A stretch of DNA of 64,000 nt from Octopus sinensis (taxonomy: Eukaryota): the NCBI RefSeq assembly GCF_006345805.1, contig NC_043001.1:64976001-65040000 (forward strand), read 5' to 3'. Both the position numbers and the translations under genes were made by a program. Within the stretch, counting starts at the first letter, position 1, and every line of letters begins with the position of its first letter. The notes below the pieces were generated by a model that was not told the DNA's origin, ran no database searches, and saw only the letters and a list, made by a program, of their open reading frames with translations. This document shows positions 46,432 through 57,824 of the stretch, one piece after another.

Positions 46432-49400
46432 CTAAGCCTTCTTCTCTATTTTCATCCTCCTTTTCAAGTGGTACTTGAAAAAGTTGACGAGAGACTGACC
46501 AGAGAGGAAGGTGTTTGTTTGCAGTCCTTTCAAACGCGTCCACCACACACATTCTTTCGCCATAGCCATCAGCGTAAGGAAAACCGTTTTCCCTTCCCGT
46601 TTAAAGGAAGGTGGTGGAACAACATATACACAATAGACTCGGCCGATAGGCGGGCCCGACCTACACGTAACAACAGCTGTTCGACGAAGGTCCATAGCTC
46701 TGAAATATCTGGACACTGCACGAGTGCGTGCAGAACGGTTTCGTCGCTCTGACCGCATCTCGGGCAGGTCGGTCCGGTGATGGTTTTCGAACCGTGCCTG
46801 TAGCTCTTCTCTCGAACAGGTAGTGTGTCTCGATAGCACTGCCAAGCCAGGGATTTCTGGAAGTTATCCATAGGCACCGGCCCGAACGTCATCCTGAACA
46901 GGCGGGTTAGGAATTTCTCGTCGACGCCCAGGTTTGCCCCGAGTGTGTCGTCGGACCTCCCCTCCACTAGTCCTCTATAGAACGCTTTAGTCGTTTGTAA
47001 GTTGCACAAGTTTGACCCCGGTCGGCAGAGTTGCTGTAGAGCTTGGTGACACTCTCGGTGCCAATCGCCCAGTTTCGGTCTCTTCTTGATCCACGTTTGC
47101 AGTTCGGTCAGTGAGACGAGCTGCAGGAAGGCTCGCCTCACAAACGGCGCCCACACCTGTTCACCGTCGTCGATGAAGTTCCAGAGATGTTGCAGTCTCA
47201 GCGCATGCCTGCGCATCATCAACCACGGCATGCCCAGTCCTCCATTCAATGGATGTTGACAGCAAATGGACTTCCTCACCATCGGAACGCCACCCTTGCA
47301 CAGGAAGCGGAAGAGTATGTGTTCAAGTTTGGTGATGGTGGCGTCGGGACAAGGTACGACGGTCAGGCGGTAATCGATGACGGATGCGATGTACGCGTTC
47401 GCCACCGCCGCCCGGCCTTTTAGAGACAGCTTTCTCTTGGCCCATGTATGGCTGAGAGCGACCACTCTACTCGTGATCTCGTCCCAGTTCTTATCCATTT
47501 GGAGGTCCGGACTGAACCAGACCCCGAGCAATTCAACCGGTCCGTCAGTCTAGCGTCCCACTACTGAGCCGCATTCGGATGGCATGGGCTTGCTTCTCCA
47601 GGTGCCAAGTAGCAAACCCACTGACTTTTCCGGGTTAATCTTCGCTCCCGTCACCGTTTCGTATTTTCTTAGTGTCTCGCCTATCATCTGGATGTGTTTG
47701 TCGCTCGACACTATGACGGTGACATCGTCCGCATATGTCGACATGCTTGTCCCGCAACCCAGTTCCCGTGGGATGCCCCTCAGTGTTGCCAGCTTCCGTA
47801 GTAGCGGCTCGAGAGTCAATACATACAGAAGCGCCGACAAGGGACACCCCTGACGGACCGAACGCGTGATGTCAAACGGTTTCGACAGGTGACCGTTCAC
47901 CCGAATCACTGATCGGATGCCACTATACAAGGCAGCGATCCAACCGCGGAAGATGGGACCGAAGCCAGCCGCCCTGAGGACGGCCGCCAAGTACCGATGG
48001 TCGACCCTATCGAAGGCTTTAGACTGATCCAAATTGATCAGCCAGGATCCTTAACTACCCTGTCCACAATGTAGCGCATCAGATGGAGGTTGTCATGTAT
48101 GGTTCTGCCCGGCACGGCGCATGTTTGCGCCCTGTCGACCAGTTTACCAATGAGAAGCGCCAACCTCTTGGCTATTACTTTGGCCAAAATTTTCAAATCT
48201 GCGTTGAGCAGAGTGATGGGCCTGAAATTATCTATAACATTTCCCTTGTTTGGATCTTTCTTTAGCAACGTCACTGCACCTCGGCTCACGAAACCAGGGA
48301 TTCTCCCTTTTTGTTGCCAGTTGCAGTAGACTGATGCCAACAGGTCGCCAAACAAGTCTGGCATTTGACAATACAGCTCATAGGGTAAACCATCCAATCC
48401 AGGCGACTTATCCCTCGCACAGCCCGCCATTGCATCCTGCACGTCCGCGGCTGTGATGGGACTTTCACAACACTCCGCTTCTCTTGCCGAGAGCCGCGGC
48501 AGGTCGGTCAGGTAGGCACTGAAATCCATCCCGTGTTCCGACCCACCACTCGCACCAAACAGTCGAGCAAAGTGCCGTTGAAAGGCCTCACACATCCTTT
48601 CGGGTTCGAGTAAACTGCATCCCTGTTGATCTATTAGAGACCGAATGGTGGCTCTGTTCCCATGCTGCTCCTCCGCTATCCGGGCCTCTCGCGCAGCTTC
48701 GATTCCTTCGTTCCTTAAGGCACGCATTTTAGCTCTGACGACGCAACCTTCGTGCTTGGCGTTGAGGTGTTGGTCGAGGGCCATCCTCGCAGCCAGCACG
48801 TTGGTTGCGCTGCCAGTGGTAAGTGCCTCTTCTAGTTTCTTAACCAGGTCTCCCTCTACTCTATTTCGATCTATCGCTAATTCCTTGCTAAACCTAATTG
48901 ATTCCGATTTTATTGCCATTTTTCAGGGCATACCACCAGCGGTTGTTAACGACGGCTCCCGTCAGCGCCCTTTTAATTAACTCGCTAATCTGGTTCCTGT
49001 AAACCTGTCGCGCTAAGAGCGACATGTTCAGTTTCCAGTAACCGGGACCCTGTCTATGTGTCTTATCTAAGTCGAGCGTACACGTCACAAATTTGTGATC
49101 TGTGTAGCTGACTATTTTAAATTGTGGACATCCTACACTATCCCTATCCGCTGTTCTGCATAGAATTCTATCTAGATAAGATCTTGACGATCCGACACGG
49201 TTTGTCCAAGTCCACGTTGGCACGTTCGGATGGTCGAGTCGGAACCTGTCAGACAAATGGAAACGTCTGAGTAGGTCTTTGAGGCACTTACATCCCCTTC
49301 TATTCCTATCCATTCCCACATAATCTAGATACGTGTCCAAGGTAGCGTTCCAATCCCCTACTAACAGTAAAGTTCTAGACGTACCCAGGAAAACCTCTAG

Positions 49401-49772
49401 ACGTCTGAAGAAATCCGCCCGACCCGTTAAGGATGGTGCATAAACTGCCATCAGACAGAATGCACACCCATTTCTGCCATCCACGTCCAAGACAACCAGC
49501 CTACCCTCCGGGTCTAGGAATATTGTTCTTACTTTTACATTTAGACTCTCTCGAAAAAGCACCGCGGTACCTCCACCACCCATGTTCGGCAGACAGGGAG
49601 AAAAATAAATGTCAAATTGATCGCCACACATGGACACGAGGGCCCGTGGCTTGCTGAGTCTGGTTTCACTGATAGCTACTATATCCACGTTCAGTGACTT
49701 GATGTTTACAAGGTAACCTTGCTTCCAAGCCGACGCCAAGCCATGCGCATTCACACAACCTAATTTAAGCAT
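46432..49772 (-). pseudogene. Tx1/L1 ORF2 (APE, RT, CCHC) broken by three frameshifts and one W-to-stop
   Basis: GCVNAHGL, ISET, VYAP, VGDWN, YLDRI, YTDH, GPGYWKLN; KSPGLDGLPYELY, NFRPITLLNADLKILAK, DQSKAFDRVDH, RQGCPLS, YADD; CPRCGQSDETVLHALVQC. Breaks near 48900, 48035, 47550 (in-frame TAG) and ~46620. Confidence 0.92.
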
Positions 49773-49978
49773 AATTGACGTTTACGAAAATTGTGTTTCA
49801 CACACTACATTGGAAGAGACAAGAGGCAAGAGGGAAGGTCACTTACTCATTTCGAAAGTTTCATTTTTTTCTTCTTCTTTTGTAGTGTCTTTGATGAGGT
49901 GTTTGTATAGTTTTTTGGAGAGGTATCGTTGAAACCCGCCTACCGCATTTGGAAATCTTGTTTTCAGTGTATGGTGTT

Positions 49979-50520
49979 GTTAGTTAGTTAGTTAGTTAGT
50001 TAGTTAATTTGGCTCAAAAGCAAATAGCAAGGCCATGTAGGGGGACATGGAGTTAAGTACAGGGTGGTGTTCATGTAAAGAGTTCAGGCCACTTGAGGTC
50101 CAGGGAGGCTTTGAACAAAGCGGTCGTCGGCATCTTCACCATCTCGTCTGGCAGCTTGTTCCGCGGATCCGCAACCCAGACGGAGAAAGCTCCTCTCCTT
50201 CGATTGAGATGAAATCGTCGCAGGTAGAGCTTTTCGGAATGACCCCGCAGCCGACGCTCTGGAGCAGGAGTGAAGAACAGCTCTTTCGAGAGGTTACACT
50301 TCCCGCTTATGATGTTGTGGGTGAGAATGAGATCACCACGGCGGCGGCGTTTTTCAAGAGAATAAAGGTCGAGCGTCCTCAGCCTTTCTTCGTAGGACAA
50401 ATTTTTGAGACCATGAACCATGCGGGTAGCCAGCCTCTGGACTCTTTCGAGGTGCTGTATGTCTTTGAGTAGATAAGGAGAAGAGGCTTGAATCCCATAC
50501 TCCAATATGGGTCTCACCAG
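49979..50520 (-). mobile_element. 5'-truncated CR1-clade LINE with (TAAC)n tail
   Basis: RPILEYG..LERVQRLATR..LSYEERLRTLDL..SLEKRRRRGDLI..RGHSEKL..N.LP..FKASLD. Confidence 0.92.
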
Positions 50521-52204
50521 CGTGTTTGTGTTATGTGTACAATTCTTATGTGTTTTGGTGGTGTGGTGCGCGGATGATTGTTTGTCTTAAGGTCATCTTC
50601 ACAGATGTCCGTGTTTGATGCAATGTAATCTATTAATTTTTTATTGTCTGTGTCTATTGCAGTTAGTTGTGTGTGTGGTTTTGCGGGTTCATTGATTTTT
50701 TGATTGTCTAAGGGGATGCTGTCCGGAGTTAAATATTGCCCTGCTTTACTTCCTTGTTTGGTGGGCTTTTTTGATCTTTTCCTTTTACCCCCTGTGGCTA
50801 TTTGCCATTCCGTCGAACTTTCGTCGTCCGACGAATCTGAAGGGGGTAAAGGCAAAGCATTTGCGTTAATATGTATGCTTGTAGAAATTGTTGATGTTTT
50901 GTGCGGTGTTTGTGTTGTTGTGGTGTTAGGGGTAGAATTTGTCTTCTTGTCACTGTTTTCTGTCTTTTTAATTGTCGTCCTCGGTGTTGGTGTTGGTCTA
51001 TCTTTTGGTTCAGTATGTTGAATTGGTTGCGACGTCAACGGTGATTGTGTTGGTACTGTTTCTTTTCTTGGTGATGTTGTTGGGGTTTGTTTGCTGGTTT
51101 GTTGTTTTTCTTGGCATTGTTCCATAACTGAGTGTGTTGGTGTTGGCAACAAGTGTTTTTTATTTATTTTCTGATTTGTTCTTTCTTGTTTTTTCTGTGC
51201 CAGAGCGCACTTGGCAATTAAATGTTCTGGGCTGCCACAGTTGTAGCATCTAGGCTTTTTGCCTTCCGCTACAACATATAGGCTTTGCCCATTTTCTAAA
51301 TGGATCCTATCAGGTAGGTTCTCGATAGAGGACCCCTCAATCTGGATGGTCACTACTATTGTTTTACCACCCCAATTGTCGTTTTTGTACACGGCGGTTT
51401 CTAATATATTTATCTTTTTCAAATGGTAACAGATTGCCCCTGTTATCCATTTGTTAGGTATCTGAGGGGTACATTTTTAATGCTAATTCTACTCACTCTC
51501 TGGCTTTTGTAATATGGTACCATAATGATTTCATCATTTTGCAAAGACTCCGTAGTGAGCTTTTGCCACTTCCTGGTTAGGGAAGCGGACCACCACTGTA
51601 TTAAACTGGGGACCCCAGTTTATATATTCTTTTTTTTCATTATGCTTTTTAAACACTTTTCTATGTCCGTTTTTGTAATCTGTTCATTTTGTTTTTTGTT
51701 TTTTCTTATAATTTTATATATAATTGTCTTATTTTCTATTTCTTCCTTTATGTGTTGAGGTGTATGCAGCACTAAATCTTGCCCTTGGGTTGTAAAGAGT
51801 GCTCTCGTTTCTATTAACTCTTCATTCGTAAATTTTACTATTTCTTTTTTCTGATGCAGAGTGTCAGCGAAATTTACTGGTGTTGTTGATTCTTTTATAT
51901 TAACATCTTCACTAGTAGATAGTAAGATATTTATTTCCTTTTTATTGTTCTTGTTGTTTTTGTTAATAGTTTTCGCGTGAGTTTCATTTTTATCATTTAT
52001 GTTGGTCATGGTGGTGGTGGTGGTAGAGGTGGTGGTGGTAGTAGTAGTAGTCTCGTTGTTGTTGTTAGTGGTGGTGGTGGTGGTGACAGGGCTGTTACCG
52101 CAAGTGGTTGCAGCGTTCACTACCACGTCATTCAGGTTTGCACTTTGCATGCATAAGTTCTTTTTTTCTCCTAGCGTTTCCAGACTAGGAAAATGCTGGT
52201 CCAT
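50514..52204 (-). pseudogene. Tx1/L1 ORF1 (gag-like, CX2CX4HX4C knuckle), frameshifted and interrupted by CR1
   Basis: CYNCGSPEHLIAKC in ORF 50514-51422. ORF 51620-52204 continues across frameshifts through EYINWGPQFNTVVVRFP..VPYYKSQRVSRISIKNV. A probable ORF1 remainder lies at 49850-49978. Confidence 0.75.
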
Positions 52205-52454
52205 AAAGGAACGTGACCAGCGTTCTACAATAACATTTCACGACATTTTCAAAATGTCGAGAAGAAAAATACACAAATTAAATAGGGTTGAAACTGCCCC
52301 TAGGGGCGAATTCCTCCCTTGGGAAAGCACTCAAACGAAAGTTGGGTGCCTTACACACCTTATTTACAAAAATGTACACAAAATATGGGCTATAAATAGT
52401 CAAAATAAACGATTACCTTCGGAGCCAAGGTGACAACACATCCGTCGATAAATA

Positions 52455-53396
52455 CGAGGGGCGTTCAATAAGTAATGCCCCTGACCCACTTCCCATAGCA
52501 GTAGAGCAACGAACTTGGCACAGTTATTAGTCTTTTTCTACATAGCAACCACCCAGAGTTACGCATTTCTCCCATTGTTTGATGCAGCTCTGGAGACCGT
52601 TTTTGTAGAAGACCCCAGCTTGGTCCTCCAACCTGAACGTGACTTCAGAAATCAAGGCTGCATCATCTGGGAAACGCTTTCCTTTCAAAAACAACTTCAT
52701 GACTGGGAAGAGGTGAAAATCAGAGGGTGCAAGGTCAGGAAAGTAGGGGGATGGGGGAGGAGTTCATAGCCATACGCCTGTGCTTCTGATCTGGCAACAA
52801 GCGAGTTGTGGACCGGAGCGTTGTCCTGCAGGAGGAGGATGCCTTTGCTGATCTTGCCCCGCCTCTTGATTTTGATAACTTCTCTTAATTTCCTCAAAAG
52901 TGAAGCATAATAGGCTCCTGCAATTGTGGTACCCTTTGCCAGGAAATCTGTCATCACTACTCCGTCCTGGTCCCAGAAGACTGTGAGCATGACCTTGCCA
53001 GCGGAGGGCTGCACCCTTGCCTTCTTTGGAGGGGGTGAGTCACGGTGCTTCCACTGCATTGACTGGGCTTTGGTCACCAGATCAGAAGCACAGGCATGCA
53101 GCTATGAACTCCTCCCCTTGCACCCTCTGATTTTCACCTCTTCCCAGCCATGAAGTTGATTTTGAAAGGAAAGCGTTTCCCAGATGATGCAGCCTTGATT
53201 TCTGAAGTCATGTCGTGGTTGGAGGACCAAGCTGGGGTCTTCTACAAAAACGGTCTCCAGAGCTGTATCAAACGATGGGAGAAATGCATAACTCTGGGTA
53301 GTTCCTATGTAGGAAAAGACTAATAACTGTGCCAAGTGTCGTTGCTCTACTGCTATGGGAAGTGGGTCAGGGGCATTACTTATTGAACGCCCCTCG
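52455..53396. mobile_element. Mariner foldback: 3' half of the transposase (minus) joined to an inverted copy of its own 3' end
   Basis: TA|cgaggggcgttcaataagtaatgccc ... gggcattacttattgaacgcccctcg|TA; KVMLTVFWD..LLLQDNAPVH..HPP..DLAPSDF; strand switch near 53075. Confidence 0.93.
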
Positions 53397-53619
53397 TAAT
53401 AGAAAAGATTAGCTTCATGTGAGAGGCAGGAAAAATACTCTCTTCATCATAGTCAACAATTCCTTTAACTTAGGGTTGAGCTAACCAAGGAAACTTGTCT
53501 GTTGTCTGTACTTTCTATATGTATCTCTGATGTGTTTTTGACTAAGAATTGGTTGGTTACTTATTTGTGTGGCAAGAGGTGTGGATATTGTGTTCATGGT
53601 ACATGCTTATTATTTTTTA

Positions 53620-53915
53620 TTATGCTGATGATCTTGCTCTAATTACTGAGTCACTATCAGAACTAGGGGTAAAGTTTCAGGTGTGGAAGCAAGGATTAGA
53701 ATTGAAGGGCTTTAGACTCAACCTAGCTAAAACCAAAGTTTTAATAAGTAGGAAGGCAGACAAAACTTTAGGTAGATGTCCCTGCTTGATCTGTAGAAAA
53801 GGTGTAGGTAGAAACTCCATAAGATGTACCCAGTGTAAGCTATGGACACACAAGAGGTGCAGCAATACCAAAGGGAGGCTAACTGAGAAGATAGATTTTG
53901 TATGTGGCAAATGCC
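53620..53915 (+). pseudogene. Internal RTE fragment (YADD to PHD-like finger)
   Basis: YADDLALITESLSEL..CLICRKGVGRNSIRCTQCKLWTHKRC..CGKC. Confidence 0.85.
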
Positions 53916-55045
53916 TTAAAATATATTTTAATAATGAAGAAATGGTTAGACTCAGAACATAAATATAACAAGATATGAGCACCAAATTTTTTATGCAACC
54001 CATTTTTCTTAAATGGAAACAAGAAAAATTTTTTAATTGGAACATCTAGTCATTATTGAGTTTTTCAGCTTCAAGATATTAATTAGTTAATCTAGTATAG
54101 CTCGATTAATTTTATAACTGAGTTTTTCAACATTATTCTCAAATAAAATTTACCCCAATTAGTGTCTGAAAGTACATACAAATGTAGAAATTTATTGGGT
54201 TTTGTTTTTCTTTCTAATTCACAGCACTAATCTTTGATATAACTCTCTCCATTAATGCCTATCACTGCAATCTCTTTGACATCATTCAGTGTCTGTTTTC
54301 TGTGCTGGTATGGGTTGAACAACTTGACTGGTTCTGGAAAATCACAGGGTTGCATTGAGCCCCTTTGTCAGCTTTGGCATGGTTTCTGTGACTGGATATC
54401 CTTTATGATGCCAACCACTGATCATAAGTGAGGTCACCAAGTAACTTTCAAGAGAAGAAAAGAGCGTGAAGAAGGAAAAAGGAAAAAGCCTCCTCCACTA
54501 AATGGTGGTGGATATTTGAGAAGAGTATAGGAGAAGTGGTGCTCCAATGCCAGGTATTGAGAAGCTGAAATGTCTTGCTATAGAAAAGATACAAGACTGC
54601 CCCGCCCCACCCACATTAGGTGGGTGGTAGTAGCTGGAAATAAAACAGATGGTGGTGGGATATCTGGGCATCACAACATACAAAAAAGGTGCATATAAGG
54701 GAGGATATAGTCAGTGGATCAGGGGTGGGAGGGGGAAGTTTTATAAGAGTGTGAGGGGTAAGTAAATAAATGGTTAGAAATAATAGTGGGGAATGTATGT
54801 AGTGATAAGCAAGGTGCAGTTGATGGGAAATACCAGTATAGAGAGGGGTGAGATGAGAGATGTAGGAGTGGTTTAGGAAGGTCAAAAAGTAGGAGAATGA
54901 TGTGCAAGTTGTAGGAGAGGTGAGGAAGGATATGTAGTGGTACATAAGGTGGGGGTGGGGCATAGTAAGTGGGGTGTGATGGCAGATATGAAAGAGTATT
55001 GAGAATGATAACAGATATGAAAGGTATTAAGGATGGAATGATATA

Positions 55046-55274
55046 AAAGGCAGCAAACTGGCAGAATCGTTAGCACGCCGGACAAAATGCTTAGCGGTAT
55101 GTCGTCTGCTGTTACGTTCTGAGTTCAAATTCCGCCAAGGTTGACTTTGCCTTTCATCCTTTCGGGGTCGATTAAATAAGTACCAGTTACGCACTGGGGT
55201 CGATATAATCGACTTAATCCGTTTGTCCTTGTTTGTACCCTCTGTGTTTAGCCCCTTGCGGGTAGTAAAGAAAT
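55046..55274 (+). mobile_element. tRNA-derived SINE (family 3) with a 24-bp TSD
   Basis: A box tggcagaatcgtt, B box gagttcaaattcc, body ttgcctttcatcctttcggggtcga; aggtattaaggatggaatgatata at 55022-55045 and 55275-55298. Confidence 0.9.
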
Positions 55275-55374
55275 AGGTATTAAGGATGGAATGATATATG
55301 TGCCAATTCTGCTCTCAGTTGATCGCAGTAGCTGAGTAGCACCTTCTAAGAAAGATACAAGACTGGAAATTTGG

Positions 55375-55530
55375 GGTTGGGGTCAGTCGATTAAATCTAC
55401 CTCAGTACTTGACTGTACTTTATTTTATCAAACCTGGAAGGCTGAAAGGTTAAACTGAAATTAGCAAGATTTGAACTCAGAACATAAAGAGCCAAAACCA
55501 TACTGCAAGATATTTTGTGTAATGCACTAA
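55375..55530 (-). mobile_element. Decayed SINE family 3
   Basis: Reverse-complement similarity (gatttgaactcagaac, cagtac..ttattttatc) to the 55046 copy. Confidence 0.6.
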
Positions 55531-57824
55531 CAAGCCTACCAATCCACATAATTAGTAATAATACCTGAATTTCTGCAAGCTTAATTTTAATGACAGGCTT
55601 TTTGTTGTTGTTGTTTAACTCCAGGACAGTCCTAATTGAGTAGTTCTATGATCATAGACATTCTAGATATGACCATCCTCTTCTTCATGCAAAATATATC
55701 TAGGACTACACTATCTAACATATTCCATTTTGCTTAAAGATGGCAGGGAGATTTGGTTGCTATTTATAGTATGAAATGCAACCATACTGAGGTGTTCTGA
55801 ATGGCTTGTTATACAGTTGTTGTTTAATATCAGAGTAAGATGACTTGGTCACAGCCTGGAAGGGAAGGACACATTAGATAATGTAGTCCTAGTTAGTCCT
55901 AACATGACAGGATGGTCATGGCTGGTCTACTAGATTTGCTCAATCAGGATTGAGATGGAGATACACAACAGCAATGACAGCTGTCTTGTAATCACCCTGT
56001 TACTAATTCACTTACAACTTGTTGTGATTTTAGTCTTGATTACGTGATTTTGATTGTCTCGATTGCTGCTATATGCCTGCACTGCGACTGCGTGGAGTTC
56101 TGTTCTGTTTGCAGACGACATGTTCAGTGTTGATTTTAGTTAGTTGAGAATGTAGAAACTCGCTGCATAAGAAATGTTATTGCGTTGAAGTTTGGTTTTG
56201 CTTACAATTTAGCAATCTTTGTTTGTATCATATATTGCTGTATTTTTAGTCGATTAAAACCTTTTAAACTTTGATATTTGAGTATGGGTTCATAACACAA
56301 CTAACACTAAATTGGTTTCAAGTATATCACTTCGTCATAATCATTGTCATAGTAACTTCAATGATCAACACATTCAGTTGTTTCTCTACCCACTTATAAA
56401 CATGACACTAAAACACCTCATTAGTTGCTTGTCTTGCTAAGTGTCAGGGTGCTAAGCAAAATTCTATAACAACAAAGCAACCATGAACCAACAGTGCCCT
56501 GCAGCTGTAACTGCATCATTAACAAGTGGGTAGCTGCAATATTAAAAACAAAATACTTATCATTTCCTCAAGAAAAAAACATGAACTGTTGTGTAGCAAA
56601 TTGTCTTTCAAGTCACCATTCATGTCTTAAGTATAACAGCAATACAGTTAGAGCAACTCATTTCTCTTTTGCCAATCCTTTGTAGTGTACAATAATTGCA
56701 CAACCATAATATTTACTTTCTTTGAATGAAGATAAAAGAATCTCTCCTTTCCCTCATTCTTTTTAACTTATGCCTGCTCAAAAAGTAGATGCTGCTTCAT
56801 ATACTAATAACAACAATGTGTTAAGATGTACCCCAATATATATTTTTTTAGCAATATCAATGTGCTAAGATGTATCTCACCAATGAGAATTTGAAGGAAA
56901 ACCTGCCATGCTGCGACTGAATTAATCCTGGTCATGCCCTCTGTGGCTACCACCGAAAATATCTGATACACAAACATGAATTGTTTGTGTACAGGGAAGC
57001 AGCATGTCTGGATTGTTAAAATGGATCTCATACGACAAACATTGCATGTTGGGATGTACTGTATAGTTTTTCAGTTTGGCAGAGGTATGGAATTAACTGA
57101 AATAGATTACACCTAATTGTTTCACTGACTTTATGAGTACCACACATATGCTTACTTAGGGGTTGGCTTAGGGTTAAACAAGAACAAAACAATGCCATTA
57201 AAGGGAAAATAAAGTGATTCCCGATGAAGAATTTCGTAGGACAAAGCCTATATACAGAAAGTGAATGCTATTGTTTAGCTCTTAGTCATTCTTGATTGAG
57301 TTGATCTATGATTTAAGGCATTCCAGCTGTGACCATCCCACTTACTTATTTACAACCCATCCAATGTGTTCTTCCTTTTTCAAAATGGTAGAGTGTGATT
57401 TGAGGGAGATTAAGTTGTAATTTTAAGCAAGATGACATGTAGAGGCTGTCATTGTCTTCCATGTCTGTAGTGTGCCAGTGAAGATAACAGCATTAATATA
57501 AAGGTTAATGAAGTCAGAGATGACAGAACCCTGACTCTCACTAATGTTGTTAACATTGAATAATCCAAACTATTACAACTGTGAAACTTGATAGGGATTT
57601 GTTTATTGTAAATGCAAAATAGATTTGAAAGGGCAAACATATAATCACAAAAAGCCTATAGAACAAAACAAGTGTTTACTGTATATCTTTGTATGCATTA
57701 CTATTGGATAGTTTGCTGTATATCTTTATACAAATTACTAAATGATACTATTATAATAAGAAATATATTATATCTTTACAGAGATATATTTGTAAGTAAA
57801 TATATACTTTCTCTTTCTTTTCAG

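Larger units (their letters stand above)
46062..52440 (-). mobile_element. Near full-length, decayed L1/Tx1-clade LINE (ORF1 + ORF2) with a CR1 insertion
   Basis: ORF1 with zinc knuckle lies upstream of APE-RT-CCHC ORF2 on the same strand; 3' end abuts (TATC)4. The 5' limit is approximate. Confidence 0.8.

Noticed and set aside
52440-53420. Degenerate (GATA)n at the Tx1 5' flank once the mariner is removed
   Set aside because: gataaataatagaaaagattag is too degenerate to count as support for target specificity.
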